Assembly: GCF_009914755.1 (NCBI RefSeq)
Contig: NC_060937.1
Strand: one strand, 5' to 3'
Length of the DNA stretch: 64,000 bases
Source: the human T2T-CHM13v2.0 reference genome, Homo sapiens
A model generated the notes under the pieces. That model was not told where the DNA came from, did not search any database, and worked only from the letters and a program-made list of their open reading frames with translations. Made by a program: the position numbers and the translations under genes. Of this stretch, positions 39,676 to 53,425 are shown one piece after another (position 1 is the first letter of the stretch; every line of letters starts with the position of its first letter).

Positions 39676-42600
39676 AATAAATTATTCTTTTGAAATGGGT
39701 TATATATACCTTGGTCCTTATAATGGATTATGAATACCAATATTTCTATGAAGATCCTTTTTTACAAAATATAGCTTCATTGGAATATAATTTAAAGAGA
39801 CTTTGTTATAAAAATAAAACAATTCTAAAAAATTAATGAGAACCTCCACAGATTATCTGTTGAATAGAATAGCCAATCCCTTAAATACCACAATGAGAAC
39901 CCCCTGGTACTTCTAATAAATACTTTCAAAGGAAAAACAGATAGAATATTGTGGATTTTTGTGTTGTGTTTTATTTAGGCTTCTTTTAATAAATATATTT
40001 ATATTACACAATGAATATATGTAGAAATAAATTGTTGGATAAATGCTTCATAAACTTGTAGTTTTTAAAGAGAAACCACATTTAAAAATTAATAAAAAGT
40101 TATTAGATGTTCAGAGTTTTTGCTACCTGGTCTAAGTTCATGTCTCTACAGTCAATTCCATAAAGAAACTATTAGGTTTGAACATTTTTAATTATCCATA
40201 TATATTATTCTAAATATCTTACAACTTTTGGCTTTAGATAGATATTTACATATTTGTACAAGCATAAATATTTATGTAAATATATATATATAAGTATATA
40301 TAAGTATAAGTTTGTGTATATGTACATATGAATCACTTACAAATATATCTGATATACATATTCTGCACTATTTCCTTTGTCTTCTTTTTAAAAGCTTCCT
40401 TTTTTAAAGCATGAGATTCTTCATTTTGTATTTGTAGATATCAAAGTGAAATGTGTAATTCCATATAGTTTCTCAAAGTGTTTTGTAAAACTACTTTGAT
40501 AAAATAACATGAAATGTTATTTGGGAATAGTTTCTGTCTTTATATATACTTAGAAGAATTTTGATTACTCTCAACAATAAAACACTTCAGTTTCCGGCCT
40601 AGTCAAAGCAGCAGACTACAGAGTTTTTTTTTTTTTTTATGTTAACATGAGTTTGGAGATAAACTAACATAAATCACATAGAATTTTGAATTATTGACTG
40701 TGTTATAATACATTGACACTGAGGGGTTTAGAAAGAAATTTCCTATGGCATAAAATCAGAAAATATTTCTCGTACTATATATAGAAAAATTATTCTTTTT
40801 ATGACATTTATGGAAAATATTATAAAATAATGCTATTGTCCTAAAAAGGTAGCAAAGTCATCATACTGTATATGGTATACTTGATTGGCAACTTGTTTCT
40901 CAATTCAGAGAAAAGGCTGAAAGCAATACATTTAGATAAATGTTAGGCATGTGTATGTTGCAAATTCCTGATTCCTGGTAAATAAACAATACATTTATTT
41001 TCTGCCTAAATTTTCTATATTGTCCATGTAAGTATAGTTTACAAGAAATTTAGTTTTTGCCCAAAAGAAACTTTGACAGAAAAACTCACCCCCCCAAAAA
41101 AAAACCCCACATTTGACCCACAGCAATTGATTCAGCTGCTCTAAACTATACCTTCATAGAAATGAAATTTGTGTGTGTGTGACTAGTGGATATACTCTCA
41201 GGAAAAGAGTAAGATAAGCAAGAGGAAGTAGAAGAAAATGAAAAACTTAGAAGTGATGGGTTATTAATATGCAGCAGACATTTTTGAGATGATAAGAGTG
41301 TCTTAAATACCCTGGTAGACTTTCTATCGTTTTGAGAAAAGTGACATACCATTTAGAGGAACTGATATATAAATGCTTTTTTAAAAACCAAGAACTTAAT
41401 TAAACACACCCTCAAGAAACACATTCACACACATACATACACACACACTACTCCAGGAGATAGTCTTAGTCATTAAGCTCTTCAGATCAAATTTCATTCC
41501 CTCCTCCAAGTTCCCTCCCCGAGGAATAGAGAAGAAGGGAATACTATATTTCTGATTAATTATCTTTCATGGCTAAGTTTAACAGTCGCTTACTCATAAA
41601 TTTTTATTGTGAACTTTGAACATGAACACATATTTTATGATTTGCAGTAACTGTTTGCTAGAATATAGTCTTTTTTAACTAATTTGAAACTTGTCTGATA
41701 ATGAGTTGTTATGCAACGAGTAAAAGGAGGAACATCAAAACTATACAACTTAGAATTTTAAAAGATGCAGAAAAACAAAAGAAACACAGTATCTATATTC
41801 TTAGTTGTCATAAATCAAAAAGGTGAGTTTTGTACATCAGAGAAAAACATAAAGCACAAAGCCTGAGGAAACTACTTAACACATCTAAAGCAGATAAGGG
41901 CATCATGTGTCTTATAATAGATGAGAAAGCTGCATCTCATGAGGAGATCAATTATATTTTTTCTTGTTCTTTCAAAACAGAGAATTTACTTGGGCTGGGA
42001 TTTTAAATTATCTACAAAGTCCTTTGATAATGGGCTCCAAATGGATTTTACAAATAACATGATTTAGTCGCAATAAACAAACATACATTATATCACCCAG
42101 AGATTATTGGTTTATTTTGTACCAAATTTTATAAATATAAATAATAACTATGTTGTTCATGTAACTATGTTTTACATGTTGCTCTATTAAAGATTATTCA
42201 CCTATTATGGTTATATGTATGCTATACATAAAATAAACCTACTTGCAAAGGTATATTTAAAAGCAAAACACTGAACAATGATATAAAAACATCATGAGGT
42301 ATACATGATCAGTTGCTAATTGAATATTATAAGTACTTTATGCTAGGATATGATTACTTACTCCACAAATATGCATTGTCATTACTTAGTATTGGGAACA
42401 ATTCTAGGTATTGTTGCTCACTTTATCAGAGAGTATGATTGAGACATTTAATGAATGTTGCTCTAGAGCTAAAAAGAATTATATTCTCACTGGTTGTGAG
42501 GTAATTTTGAACATATAGATAATGTTAGAATATAAGCTTTCATAATGCTGTTTCTAAGGAATTTGGTAAGTTTACCAACAGTTCTAAGAAGAAATTTGGT

Positions 42601-42884
42601 AAACTATTGACATGAGCAAAAATATATATATTTTCTCTGTAAACCACAATTGTATCTCAATATCCCAGAGTCAGACATTGTTGAAAACTAGGATATGAAG
42701 TCATACACCTGCAAAAAATGAGACTAGACTTACTTAATAAATCTCTGAAAAGTGACAAACTTATCCTCAAAAATGTATATTACCAGTTGACCCTGGCAGA
42801 ATTCTAAATTCTCTTAGGTTACAGGACAAAGAGTAGTAATTAAAGGCAGTTATGCAACCCATACTTGGAGAGAACCATTGGGTT

Positions 42885-43338
42885 CACATGTGGTAATATA
42901 AAACCAAAAGAAGATTAATAAGACAAAAGCATAACAAATTTATTTCACCACAGTTTTATGTGACATTTGATCTTTTGGAAATGAAGACCCAGAGACCCAG
43001 AGAAAACTGTGTAAGTTGCTAAATCCAGTGAAGGAAGTGTACAGTTGTGAAAAAAAAATGTTTGGACAAAACGAATACAATTTAATGCTAATAAACTGGG
43101 GAGTGGGAAGGGAACTAGGGAAGGCCTGTTTTTCGGATTCTTTTCTGTCAGTATATGGCATTTTTTCTCGTTGGGTACAGGGCAGGACACCTGGCATATG
43201 ATAGTCTTATTGGGTACTTTTAAGAAATGTAGGTCACAGGGTTATTTTATGTACAGCTCACACACAGAAAGGTCAGAGGAGGTCAGAAAATGTCTTCCAA
43301 TGTGCCGTATTTGGGGGTAGCATGACCTGCACCTCATT
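42885..43338 (-). mobile_element. ERV1 LTR (MER34/MER39-like)
   Basis: 'aaaagcataacaaatttattt...gttttatgtgaca...gaaatgaagaccca' and end 'gtgccgtatttggggtagcatg...cctca'. The left boundary is uncertain. Confidence 0.7.
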
Positions 43339-44332
43339 GATATGGATCCTTAACTTTCTGAAGGCTTTACATGTGTCAAACTTGTTTACATTCCATGCTC
43401 ACTAAGTTGGTGATTTTCCATGGCAATGATATTAACCCTCATGCTTGATTAAGTTTATGTTCAAATCTCAAATTAGTTCAATGTGTATTTTCTTTGCCTA
43501 TACTAATTACTAAATAAAACTTCACAAATTTATAGAACAAAATTACAAAAAATTCATAGTTGTCAACTCATTTGGGTCCTACTCATTAACTGAAAATCAA
43601 TTATTCTTTCCAAATTAGCACCTCTTCATTTCTCCAGAATTTATTTTCTAAACCTTCTCCATGCTCCACAAAACTTATTTTCTCTCAGTAAATATGTCAC
43701 TTCCTGCCATACAGCAAAAAATAGAAGATATCAGAGGGACTGCTTTTTTTCTTCACATTTAGCTCTCATTATGTTTATATCATTTTAAAAAATCTAGTAT
43801 ATCCTACATTTTTTGAGACCTTGCATTACACTCCATCCTATTTCTATTCTATATTTTTACTTCATTTATGTAGAAGGGATGGTATTGCTAAAATTATTAA
43901 AAAATTGAGAAGACACACAGGATGTAGAAGCTGATAGGTATTTTACCAATGTTATTATTTGCATAGTTTGACTGGACAACGTGGTGGAGATTTCTACCAT
44001 GCTAATAGATGAAGTTCTTCACTGAGCATCTTTACAACGGAGCTCAACCTGGTTGTGTAATGAGCACCACATGCCAGAATAAAAATGAACAAAATTATGC
44101 ATTCTAAGACACAAAGAACCAATGTTGGAAAATAAACAAACAAAACAAAACAGGTATATTTTCAAGTATTACATTCCCAGAGCGAAAATAAAACACATGT
44201 CAATTGACTTTTCAATGGTAGACTTAAAAACACAAACATATTAATTGCTCAACTTCAACTTAGTTATCAACAGAGTCACTCCATTGTAATCACTTCACTT
44301 GAACTGACACCAACCAGTTTTTCAAGTGTGTT

Positions 44333-44521
44333 TAGAGTTGCCAGATTCATCAAATAGAAACACAAGATATCAAATTGAACTTGAATTTCAGATACACAAC
44401 AAAATTATTTTAATATAAAAATTGCCATTTTCTGAGATGTATTTATACTAAAAATTATTTTTTGTTAATCTGGTAATCAGATTTAATGAGTACCCTTTAT
44501 TTTATCAGGGACACAGCCCTA
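44333..44521 (+). mobile_element. MER53 palindromic hAT MITE with 8-bp TSD
   Basis: 'tagagttgccagatt...ttgaatttcagata' ... 'cagcccta'. TSD agtgtgtt (44325-44332) / aatgtgtt (44522-44529). Confidence 0.82.
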
Positions 44522-46567
44522 AATGTGTTCTACTATAAAAATCAAAAATAAAAATAAATAATACAGATTTTCAGTTTATGAAAGGCCAGAAAAATCACAG
44601 AACTAGCTTCATACCTATATAACATAGTAACCAAGAGAGTTCTCAGCCTCTATAGTAGTGATTCCAAGTAAGACATTGTTCTCAGAAGCAAACAGATGGA
44701 CCAATACAGACCCATATTGTAGCTAAAAGTCAAAGATTATAACAGAGACAGCAGCATCTGGAATTAGAGGTTAGTGGGGAAGGTGCAGTAAATTTCAAAA
44801 AATTTTATACATATAATTTTATACATATAAGAAAACATTTGGATTTTTTTGAGGTTTATGTCTTGTAACATAAACTCAAGAAACAGCAATGTATCATCAA
44901 GGAGATAATTGTGGTAATATAATTCCCATATTTTGAAGGGTGAAAATGCCTTTGAATTTTAGCACCTGTCATGTGAAATAAGCCTGCCATCTTGAAAATT
45001 GCAGAAATTTCAGTAACTGCAATTTCAGCTTCTAGATATTCTTTGAGAGTTCCTTCATCGTTTTAGTGTTCTTAACACACTTATGTATATTTAGGTGGAT
45101 TTCTTATTTTGAAGGCTGAGCTGAAGGCCCCATATGTTGAAGATATAAGGGATCTACCTAGTTAAAAGGAAAATGAGCTTGTATTTTAGTAGTAAATATT
45201 TAAAGTTAAATTTATAGGATGCTTTTCTAGAATCCTGATCTATGTTTCTTTTTGGTTTTTCCATCTCTAGCCAAATTCTAGGCAGTTACAATTTGCCTTC
45301 TATACTGATTACTGCCTTTCAAACCTGACCCACTGGGACAAATATACCACTTTTCATGTTAGCCTCGAAAACATCAACTTTTGCTCAGTCATTTAAAGTA
45401 AGACTTAAACAATTCATGCTAGTTAAATAGCGACATAAAACAAAATCTGATATCCTTCTAAACTGAAGAAGATATATCAGCCATTTTCCTTCTGTGTAAT
45501 CATAATCACACTTTTAAAATTCTCTACCCTTATGATCCATCACCTATAGAAAATATATTATTTACACACAGTGGGTCTTCTCTAATACATTTTCAGACAA
45601 GATTCTAGATTTATTAATATATTTTTTTTCAGACAAGGCATGAGCATTCAATATAAACTCAATAATAATTTTTGATATGCTAAAAGTATTTATTAGTAAA
45701 CAACAACAATGCATTCACGTTCTTGTATAAGATAATTCTGCATATGAGTCCTCTTCCCATTTGTGTAATAACTTATATAAGCCTCAGTATAATATGCTTT
45801 TGTCTTGCTTTTCTATCTTTACTGTGAAGAGTCTCCTCACCATGTCTTCCCTTAGATTCCTTGTGCCAAAATTTTACAGATATTTCCAATATCTGTTTAA
45901 TCAACTATAATAACTGTGTTATTGAAATTAACAAACCAATGTTTTAAGAATCTTATGCTGATGTGTCTGTGTTACTTTCTCAAGAAATCTAAACAAATAG
46001 TAGTCACAACCTAGTGTGGCTGTTAGTCATTAAAGTGTTGTCCCTGAATGTTTTATTATTATTGATTGTATTTTCAAATTAAAAAAGAAACTCAATAATT
46101 TATTCACTATGGTTATTCTCTGAGGTAGTGCTCCATTCTGAAAAGATAATTTAATTTACTTAAATTAGGTGTAAGTGAAAAAAAGCTACATTTTAGTGTT
46201 ATTTTGGTGTTGCTAATAGGCATTAATAGTTGAGACACAACTGTTCCAGATGAAACCACCCCAAGTTTGCTCCCTCAGGTTATCCCCATCATCTACTAAG
46301 ATATATTTGAAGACAAATCATTTTCTAAAGATAATAATTTTTAAAATATTCCAGTGTTCTTATACCATAATACTAAGTGTATATACATTTTATCTTAATC
46401 CTTTCCACATCTTTTTAACCCACCTATTAAAATCTCAGTTTCTCTTAAGGAATTTTCCTTTTGCATTTTACTTTAATAGATGTGTTTTGTTGCTGTTTAC
46501 TCATTTATTGCAATTAATATTTTCTGAGCTTTTGCATATAAGAAGATATGATATAATGTATGATGTA

Positions 46568-47379
46568 TGTTACTGGCAGTGAATCTGTATCTGTATGGGT
46601 CTGCAGAAACCACAATTCTTGCCTCCTCAGAAGAAAAAATTCAACTGAGGGGCATGAGGCAGAAGGAGAGATCGAGGCAAGTTTTAGAGCAGGAGCGACA
46701 GTTTATTAAAAAGCTTTAGAGCAAAAATGAAAGAAAGTAGCGTGATCCAGTTCCATCGCAAGTCAGCAAAGAATCTACAGGAAAAGTTCATGAAGTTAAA
46801 CCAGGCCTAGAGAAGCCTGGGGAAACGCACAGACCAGCACAAGGCAATGCTGGGCGACTTGAAAGATCAAGCGCACAATTTGACCCTTAGATTTGTGGTT
46901 TTCTACTTTGGCATACTTCTGGGGTCTTGTGTTACTTCTCCTCTAATTCTTCCCTTGGGCTGGGCTGTCCTCACGCCCAGTGGCCTGGTAGCACTTGGGA
47001 GAGGAGCATGCGCAGTGTGTTTACTGGAGTTGAACGCATGCTTACTTGAAGCGTTCTTCTCTGACCAGTCCAGCATTCCTAGAGGAAGGTCATATACCAG
47101 TTAAACTCTTCCATTGGGTCACTATCCCAACTCCTAAGATCTTATTGGGAAGTTGCTGATCACCATCATCAGTTTCAGGTGTTTTCTATCTATTGGGCGC
47201 CTGCCTTTCCCTGGAGGTGGCTGTAACCAATTAGTTTAGGAAGACATCACCTGATCATTCCGTGACCATTGTCTGACCATCACCTGAAGGTCAGCTGACA
47301 CTCCTGGTATATGTGTGTTGGGGGGCGGTGGAAGCTGTCTCCTGCCTTGCTCATGCCTGAATACTTATCCACTGTAACA
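46568..47379 (-). mobile_element. MER50-like ERV1 solo LTR with an apparent foreign insert at ~46740-46848
   Basis: Inverted termini tgttac...gtaaca. The reverse complement starts 'tgttacagtggataagtattcaggcatgagcaaggcaggaga', and 'tttatt' near 46702 is the poly(A) signal on the minus strand. Confidence 0.82.
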
Positions 47380-48624
47380 AGCATAGGCATTCATCTTACT
47401 AGATAGAAGATATAAAGCTGATATTCGAAAGAATAAAATATATTAAACAAAATTGTTGGCTATTAGTCTCGGAAGCAGTTAAGTAATAAATCAAGCCAAT
47501 TAAATTATATAAATATATTACAACCTTATGAAAATATTAAATAATTCTAAATTAGATTTAGTTGAACATTACTACCTTACGAAATAGAGTGAGATATCAG
47601 ACTCTTAGCTTACATAATTAGTTTAGGTACATAATTATTTCAAGTAAAAGCAAACTGGCAAATTGTGTAGCATATAGTAAGTGCTCAATATTTATTAGCT
47701 TGCATTATTAGTAGTTGTAATGTTTAACTATTTAACTATTTTTGTTGGTGTTGACCTTAACAATTATAATCATATCAAAATTTATTGTCATAATAAAATA
47801 TAAAATCTGACTTTAACGATTAAAATTGGGAAGTATCTGGGAAAATAGTTGTGTGAAATAGAATAATGAAAACCTATTTTTCATGATACAGAAGGACAGT
47901 GTATATCTTGTTTTTTCTTAAGTGAGAAAAATAATTTCAAATTATTAAACTTAAAGCAAAATACTAGTTAAAAAATAACCAATAAATACTTCTTCCAAAT
48001 TATAAAATATTGATAAAAATACCAATGTACAGAGAGAAGAAGAAAGGAAGGAAAAAATGAAAAAAAAATTATGAGGAGAGACAAAAAAAGAGACAAGGAA
48101 GGAACAATGGAGATCAATACAAAACCTGCATAATGAAAGAGAGCAGAGATTTGAAAAATATGGTTTATAAAAATATGAGCATATGAGACAATATTTTATT
48201 AAAAATATCAGTAACTTATACATTAAATTTATGGTATTTTAAATGCATATATCTAAAAGAACAACAAAATAAAGCTTAGACTATCAACATAAGATGGTAG
48301 CCATAGATAAATCTATAGAAATGGAAGCATGAGGAAATGAAAGACAGCTAATCAAATCAATTTAATTAAAGGCACAATATGTGGTATGAAGAATCATTGC
48401 ACATTGAAAAATGGTGCAATGCATAAAGACATAATACAATATCAAAATGTAAAATCATTATTCAGACTAATTTTGCAGCTATTAAACTTTCTGCTTAGCA
48501 AAGACAAAATAAACAATACTACAAGATGCATCATAGATTAAAAGGGTTAGTTCTTGATAGTTGTTCTGACTTTATACAGTATAAAAATACTTTGTTTATC
48601 TTTAAAACTATTATGATAATTGTG

Positions 48625-48918
48625 TTTTTTTCTTTTTTGAGATGCAGCTTTATCTTGTAGTTCATGCTGGAGTGCAGTGGTGCAATCTCAGCTCACTGCA
48701 ACCTCCACCTCTGGATTCAAGCGAGTCTCCTGCCTCAGCCTCCTGAGTAGCTGGGAATACAGGTGCCCGCCACCATGCCCAGCTAATTTTTGTGTTTTTA
48801 GTAGAGATAGGGTTTCATCATGTTGGCCAGGCTGGTCTCATACTCCTGACCTCATGTGATCCACCGCCTTGGCCTCCCAAAGTGCTGGGATTACAGGCAT
48901 GAGCCATCACACCCAGCC
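48625..48918 (-). mobile_element. AluS (Sq/Sp/Sx-like)
   Basis: Full dimer. TSD gataattgtgtt (48615-48626) / gataattgcatt (48919-48930). Confidence 0.92.
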
Positions 48919-49059
48919 GATAATTGCATTATTGACTACTTTTCCCGCTACCATTCTAGTATGTATTTCTGCTACATGAGCTCTTAGTTATTCTTTTAAA
49001 TGTCAGGTGTGTTGCTTTCCTTGTCTTTGGAATTGACTCTGTATCAAAATTTAGTTAAC

Positions 49060-49390
49060 AGAATGAGGTGACAGTCACAATGTTGTCAATTCTGAATCTA
49101 GTCCTTAAACGGCTTTGAATGTTCCATTTGCATTCATGTGCTTTCATTATTTTCAAGAGAAGGGAGTGCCTAGGATGAGTGACATGAGAGGTATGAGGGA
49201 CAGGTAGCCCTGGAAGAGCCAACAAACACAAATTAAATCAGGTCAATAAAATCCTAACTAATCTGCAGACATGTATTTAAGTCTGGATGAGTCCAGAGGA
49301 CACAAATTCAACAATTTCATGTTATGAATGACAATGATTGTTGTTTTAAGCCGTAAATTAACCCAGTATTTTTGTAATACATGAGACAAA
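49060..49390 (+). mobile_element. Old MLT1 (H/I/J-like) LTR remnant
   Basis: 'caattctgaatctagtccttaa' and 'aatgattgttgttttaagcc'. Confidence 0.5.
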
Positions 49391-52134
49391 TACTTGTATG
49401 TAAATATTAACTTATAATTATAGTTTTATAATATTTTAATAACTGCTATGCCCCCTCCTCCATTTCTTTCCAAAAAGAATATGCCAAAATATTAAATCAT
49501 TATATCTGTCCAAAAATTTCCAGATATTTATGTTTCTTTTTTACTTCTTAAAGTATTCATTTTTAATAAATAAAATATGCATTTTCTTTCACTTTAGGAT
49601 ACATATTTTTCAATTAATTCTATTAATAAAATTATCAGGTTAATACATATAGATTCATATATATGGTTTACATAAATCTCATTGTTTTAATCTCATATTT
49701 AATCAACACTTTCATAGTGCTACAGATTTGTGATGCTTTCATATATTTTTTCATTTTATAATAATCTTAACACATATAGTATATATTGCCATACATTTTG
49801 CATATAATATAATTAAGATTGAGGGATGTTTCTTTGCCTGTGTTGATACATGCAATAAGCTGGTCAATAAAAGAGCCTGGTTTTTACTTCTTGATTGATA
49901 ATTTTTATTGAAGTATATTTTTCCAATACTACTTCTTTAGATGTGTAAGCAAAGTCACAAAAAGAAAAGAGCACTTGATTTAGACACAAACAGAGGTTTT
50001 TCTATTTGTGTTCTTGTCTCATCCCAGAGATGAGTCATGAGTTTTGTTCTTTCTCTTCTAAGTACCACCTGTCTGTTGCATCCCATAAATAATTGTAGAT
50101 ATTCTGAGAACTGCATTTTTTACTCAGATTAATGAAAAAGAGAGAATTTTAAGATATGCGTATATAACTTCATGAAATATGATAGACCCCGGAACAATGC
50201 AGGTGTTGGGAGCACTGACTGCCCCATGCAGTTGAAACTGTGTATAAATTTTGACTCCTTGAAAACTTAACTACTAATAATCAACTGTTGACTGGAAACC
50301 TTATTGATAACAAAACAGTCAATTCACACATACTTTTATGTTATATGTTTTAAATACAGTATTCTTACAATAAAAGAAGATAAAGGAAAATATTAAGAAA
50401 ATCATAAAGAAGTAAAAATATATTTACTCTTCATTAAGTGAAAGTGTAACATCATAAAGACCTTCACCCTCATTGGCTTCACACTGAGTAGACTAAGAAA
50501 AAGGAGAAAGAGGAGAAATGGTCTTGCTATCTCAGCGGTGGCAGAGATGGAAAAGGTGGAGGATGTGGAAGGGGAGGCAGGAGAGGTAGGTGCCTCACTT
50601 TAATTTTATGGAAATACATTGTAATTCCTGTCTTTTTTGCTTTTTTCTTTAAAAATGTTTTTATACAGTATCAATCCTTCTTTAACCATTTGCTTTAGCC
50701 TACAGTGCGTGCATCATAGAAGGGCCCATGTTGTAAAAAAGTCAAAAGCAATCCTGAATAATTGAAATAATTACTCAGTTATTGTTGTAAAAAGTCAAAA
50801 GCAATTCTGAATAATTGAACGATGAGATTTGTTTACATCTTGTCAATTCGTTTACATCTTCCTCTTCATTGTCAAGAACTAGGTTGAAAGCATGCCTCTC
50901 CATTGGGTCATATTCTGTTAATTGCTCTGTTGTGTCTACAAGCTCTAGAATGTCTACAAGATCCACATCTTAAGACCCCTCACCTTTTAAACGTGCCATA
51001 TTCATAATCTCGTTCATGTTTTTCTTAATCAGCTTTCATAAACTTTGTGAAGTCATGCACAACATCTGGACACAGTTTTCTACAGCATAGATCTGTTGCT
51101 TCAAGCTTGATGAGTTTCACAGCTTTTTCTGTAAGAACAATGACCTCTTAAATGGTATAAACCTTCTAGACTTTTACTTTGTTGTATTTGATTTCTTTTC
51201 CCTAGCATTGACAATCATTTCCATAGAATATGTGGGTAATGAGATTCAAAGGTTATTAGGCCACTGATCTGGAGGTAGAATTAGAGACATTGTGTTTGGG
51301 GGCAAGTAGACCACTTTGATAACTTTCAGGTTGAACTTCTGAGGTTCTGGAGGGCCAGGGACTTTGTCTACTATCAAAAGAATTTTAAAAGAAAGTCCCT
51401 TACTGGGAAAATACTTCCTGACTTCAGCGACAAAATGTTTATGGAACCAAACAAAAATAAATAAATAAATAAATGAGTCTTCGTTGTCCAGGCCTTTGTG
51501 TTGTACAAATTAAAGACTGGCTGCTAGCATTTATGTTTCTCTTTGAAGGCTTCAGAATTAGCAGCTTTATAGATAAGGGAAGCTCTGATCATAAACCCAA
51601 CCTCATTTGTTTAAAACAGTGAAATTCACCTACTCTTACTAGCTTAAATCCTCATGCTTATTTCCCTTTCTTACTAAAAATGTCCTTTGTGGCTTCTTTT
51701 TTTCCCCAAAATAGAATACTCTTACCTGCATTAAAAATTTATTCAGGCAAATATTCTTTCTTTTAATGATTTTCTTAATGCCATCTGTGAATTTGTCTGC
51801 TGCCTCTTGGCCAGGAGAAGCTGCCTCTCCTGTTATCTTGCTATTTTTTTTTCTTAAGCCAAACCTCTTTCTAAAAGTATCAGAATGTCCCGTCCTTTGC
51901 TGGCATTACATTCTCCAGCTTTAGATTTGTCATCTTTCTTTTGCTTTGAGTTGCCATATGATGACTTTACTTTTTCTCAATTCATATTAGTTTGTAGGCA
52001 TGCCTATCTTATAACAATTCCGTATCCATATAAAAACTGCATTTTCAGTACAAGATTAAAAGGCATTTCACAAAAAGTGCAAGGTTTTCCTGTCTGCTGG
52101 CATAGATAGCTGCAGTGATGACTTCATGAATGTC

Positions 52135-53425
52135 CTTTTTCTTATATACCTTAAGTTCTAGGATACACGTGCAAAACGAGCAGGTTTGTTATATAGGTAT
52201 ACACGTGCCATGGTGGTTTGCTGCACTCATCAACCCCTCATCTACATTAGGTATTTTGCCTAATGCTATCCCTCCCCTAGCCCTCCACCCACCAAAAGGC
52301 CTTGGTGTGTGATGTTCCCCTCCCTGTGTCCATGTGTTCTCATTATTCAATTCCTACTTATGAGTGAGAACATGCAGTGTTTGGTTTTCTGTTCCTGTGT
52401 TAGTTTGCTGGGAACAATGGTTTCCAGCTTCATCCATGACCCTGCAAAGGACATGAACTCATCCTTTTTTATGGCTGCATAGTATTCCATGGTGTATATG
52501 TACCACATTTTTTTTATCTGGTCTATGAATGATGGATATTTGGGTTGGTTCCAAGTCTTTTTGAATGGTGCTGCAATAAATATACGTGTGCATGTGTCTT
52601 TATAGTAATTTGTAATCCTTTGGGTATATTCCCAGTAATGGGATTGCTGGGTCAAATGGTATTTCTGGTTCTAGATCCTTGAGGAATTTTCACACTGTCT
52701 TCCAAAATGGTTGAACTAATTTACACTCCCACCAACAGTGTAAAAGTGTTCCTATTTCTCCACATCCTCTCCAGTACCTATTGTTTCCTGACTTTTTTTT
52801 TTTTTTTCTGAGGTGGAGTCTCACTCTGTCACCCAGGCTGGAGTGCAGGATTGCAGTGACCCAGTCTCAGCTCACTGCAACCTCTGCCTCCCAGGTTCAA
52901 GCAATTCTCTCCTGCCTCAGCCTCCTGGGTAGCTGGGATTATAAGCATGTGCCACCACGCCTGGCTAATTTTGTATTTTTAGTATAGACAGGGTTTCCCC
53001 ATGTTGGCCAGGCTGGTCTTAAACTCCTAACATCATAATCCTCCCGCCTCAGCCTCCCAAAGGGCTGGGATTACAGGCGTGAGCCACAGCGCCCTCCTGT
53101 TTCCTGACTTTTTAATGATCACCATTCTAACTGGCAAGAGATGGTATCTCATTGTGGTTTTGATTTGCATTTCTCTAATGACCAGTGATGATGAGCTTTT
53201 TTTCATATGTTTGTTGGCCTCATAAATGTCATCTTTTCAAAAGTGTCCATTCATATCATTCACCCACTTTTTGATGGGGTTGTTTGTTTTTTTCTTGTAA
53301 ATTTGTTGTAGATTCTGGATATTAGCCCTTTGTCAGATGGATAGATTGCAAAAATTTTCTCCCAATCTGTAGGTTGCCTGTTCACTCTGAGGATAGCTTC
53401 TTTTGCTGTGCAGAAGCTCTTTTAA
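52135..53425 (-). mobile_element. 5'-truncated L1PA7/8-like element
   Basis: 3'UTR 'taagttctaggatacacgtgc...gtgccatggtggtttgctgcac'. ORF 52347-52655 matches the ORF2p C-terminus. Confidence 0.9.
52793..53097 (-). mobile_element. AluS (Sg-like) nested in the L1PA
   Basis: Full dimer. TSD tgtttcctgacttttt at 52782 and 53098. Confidence 0.92.
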
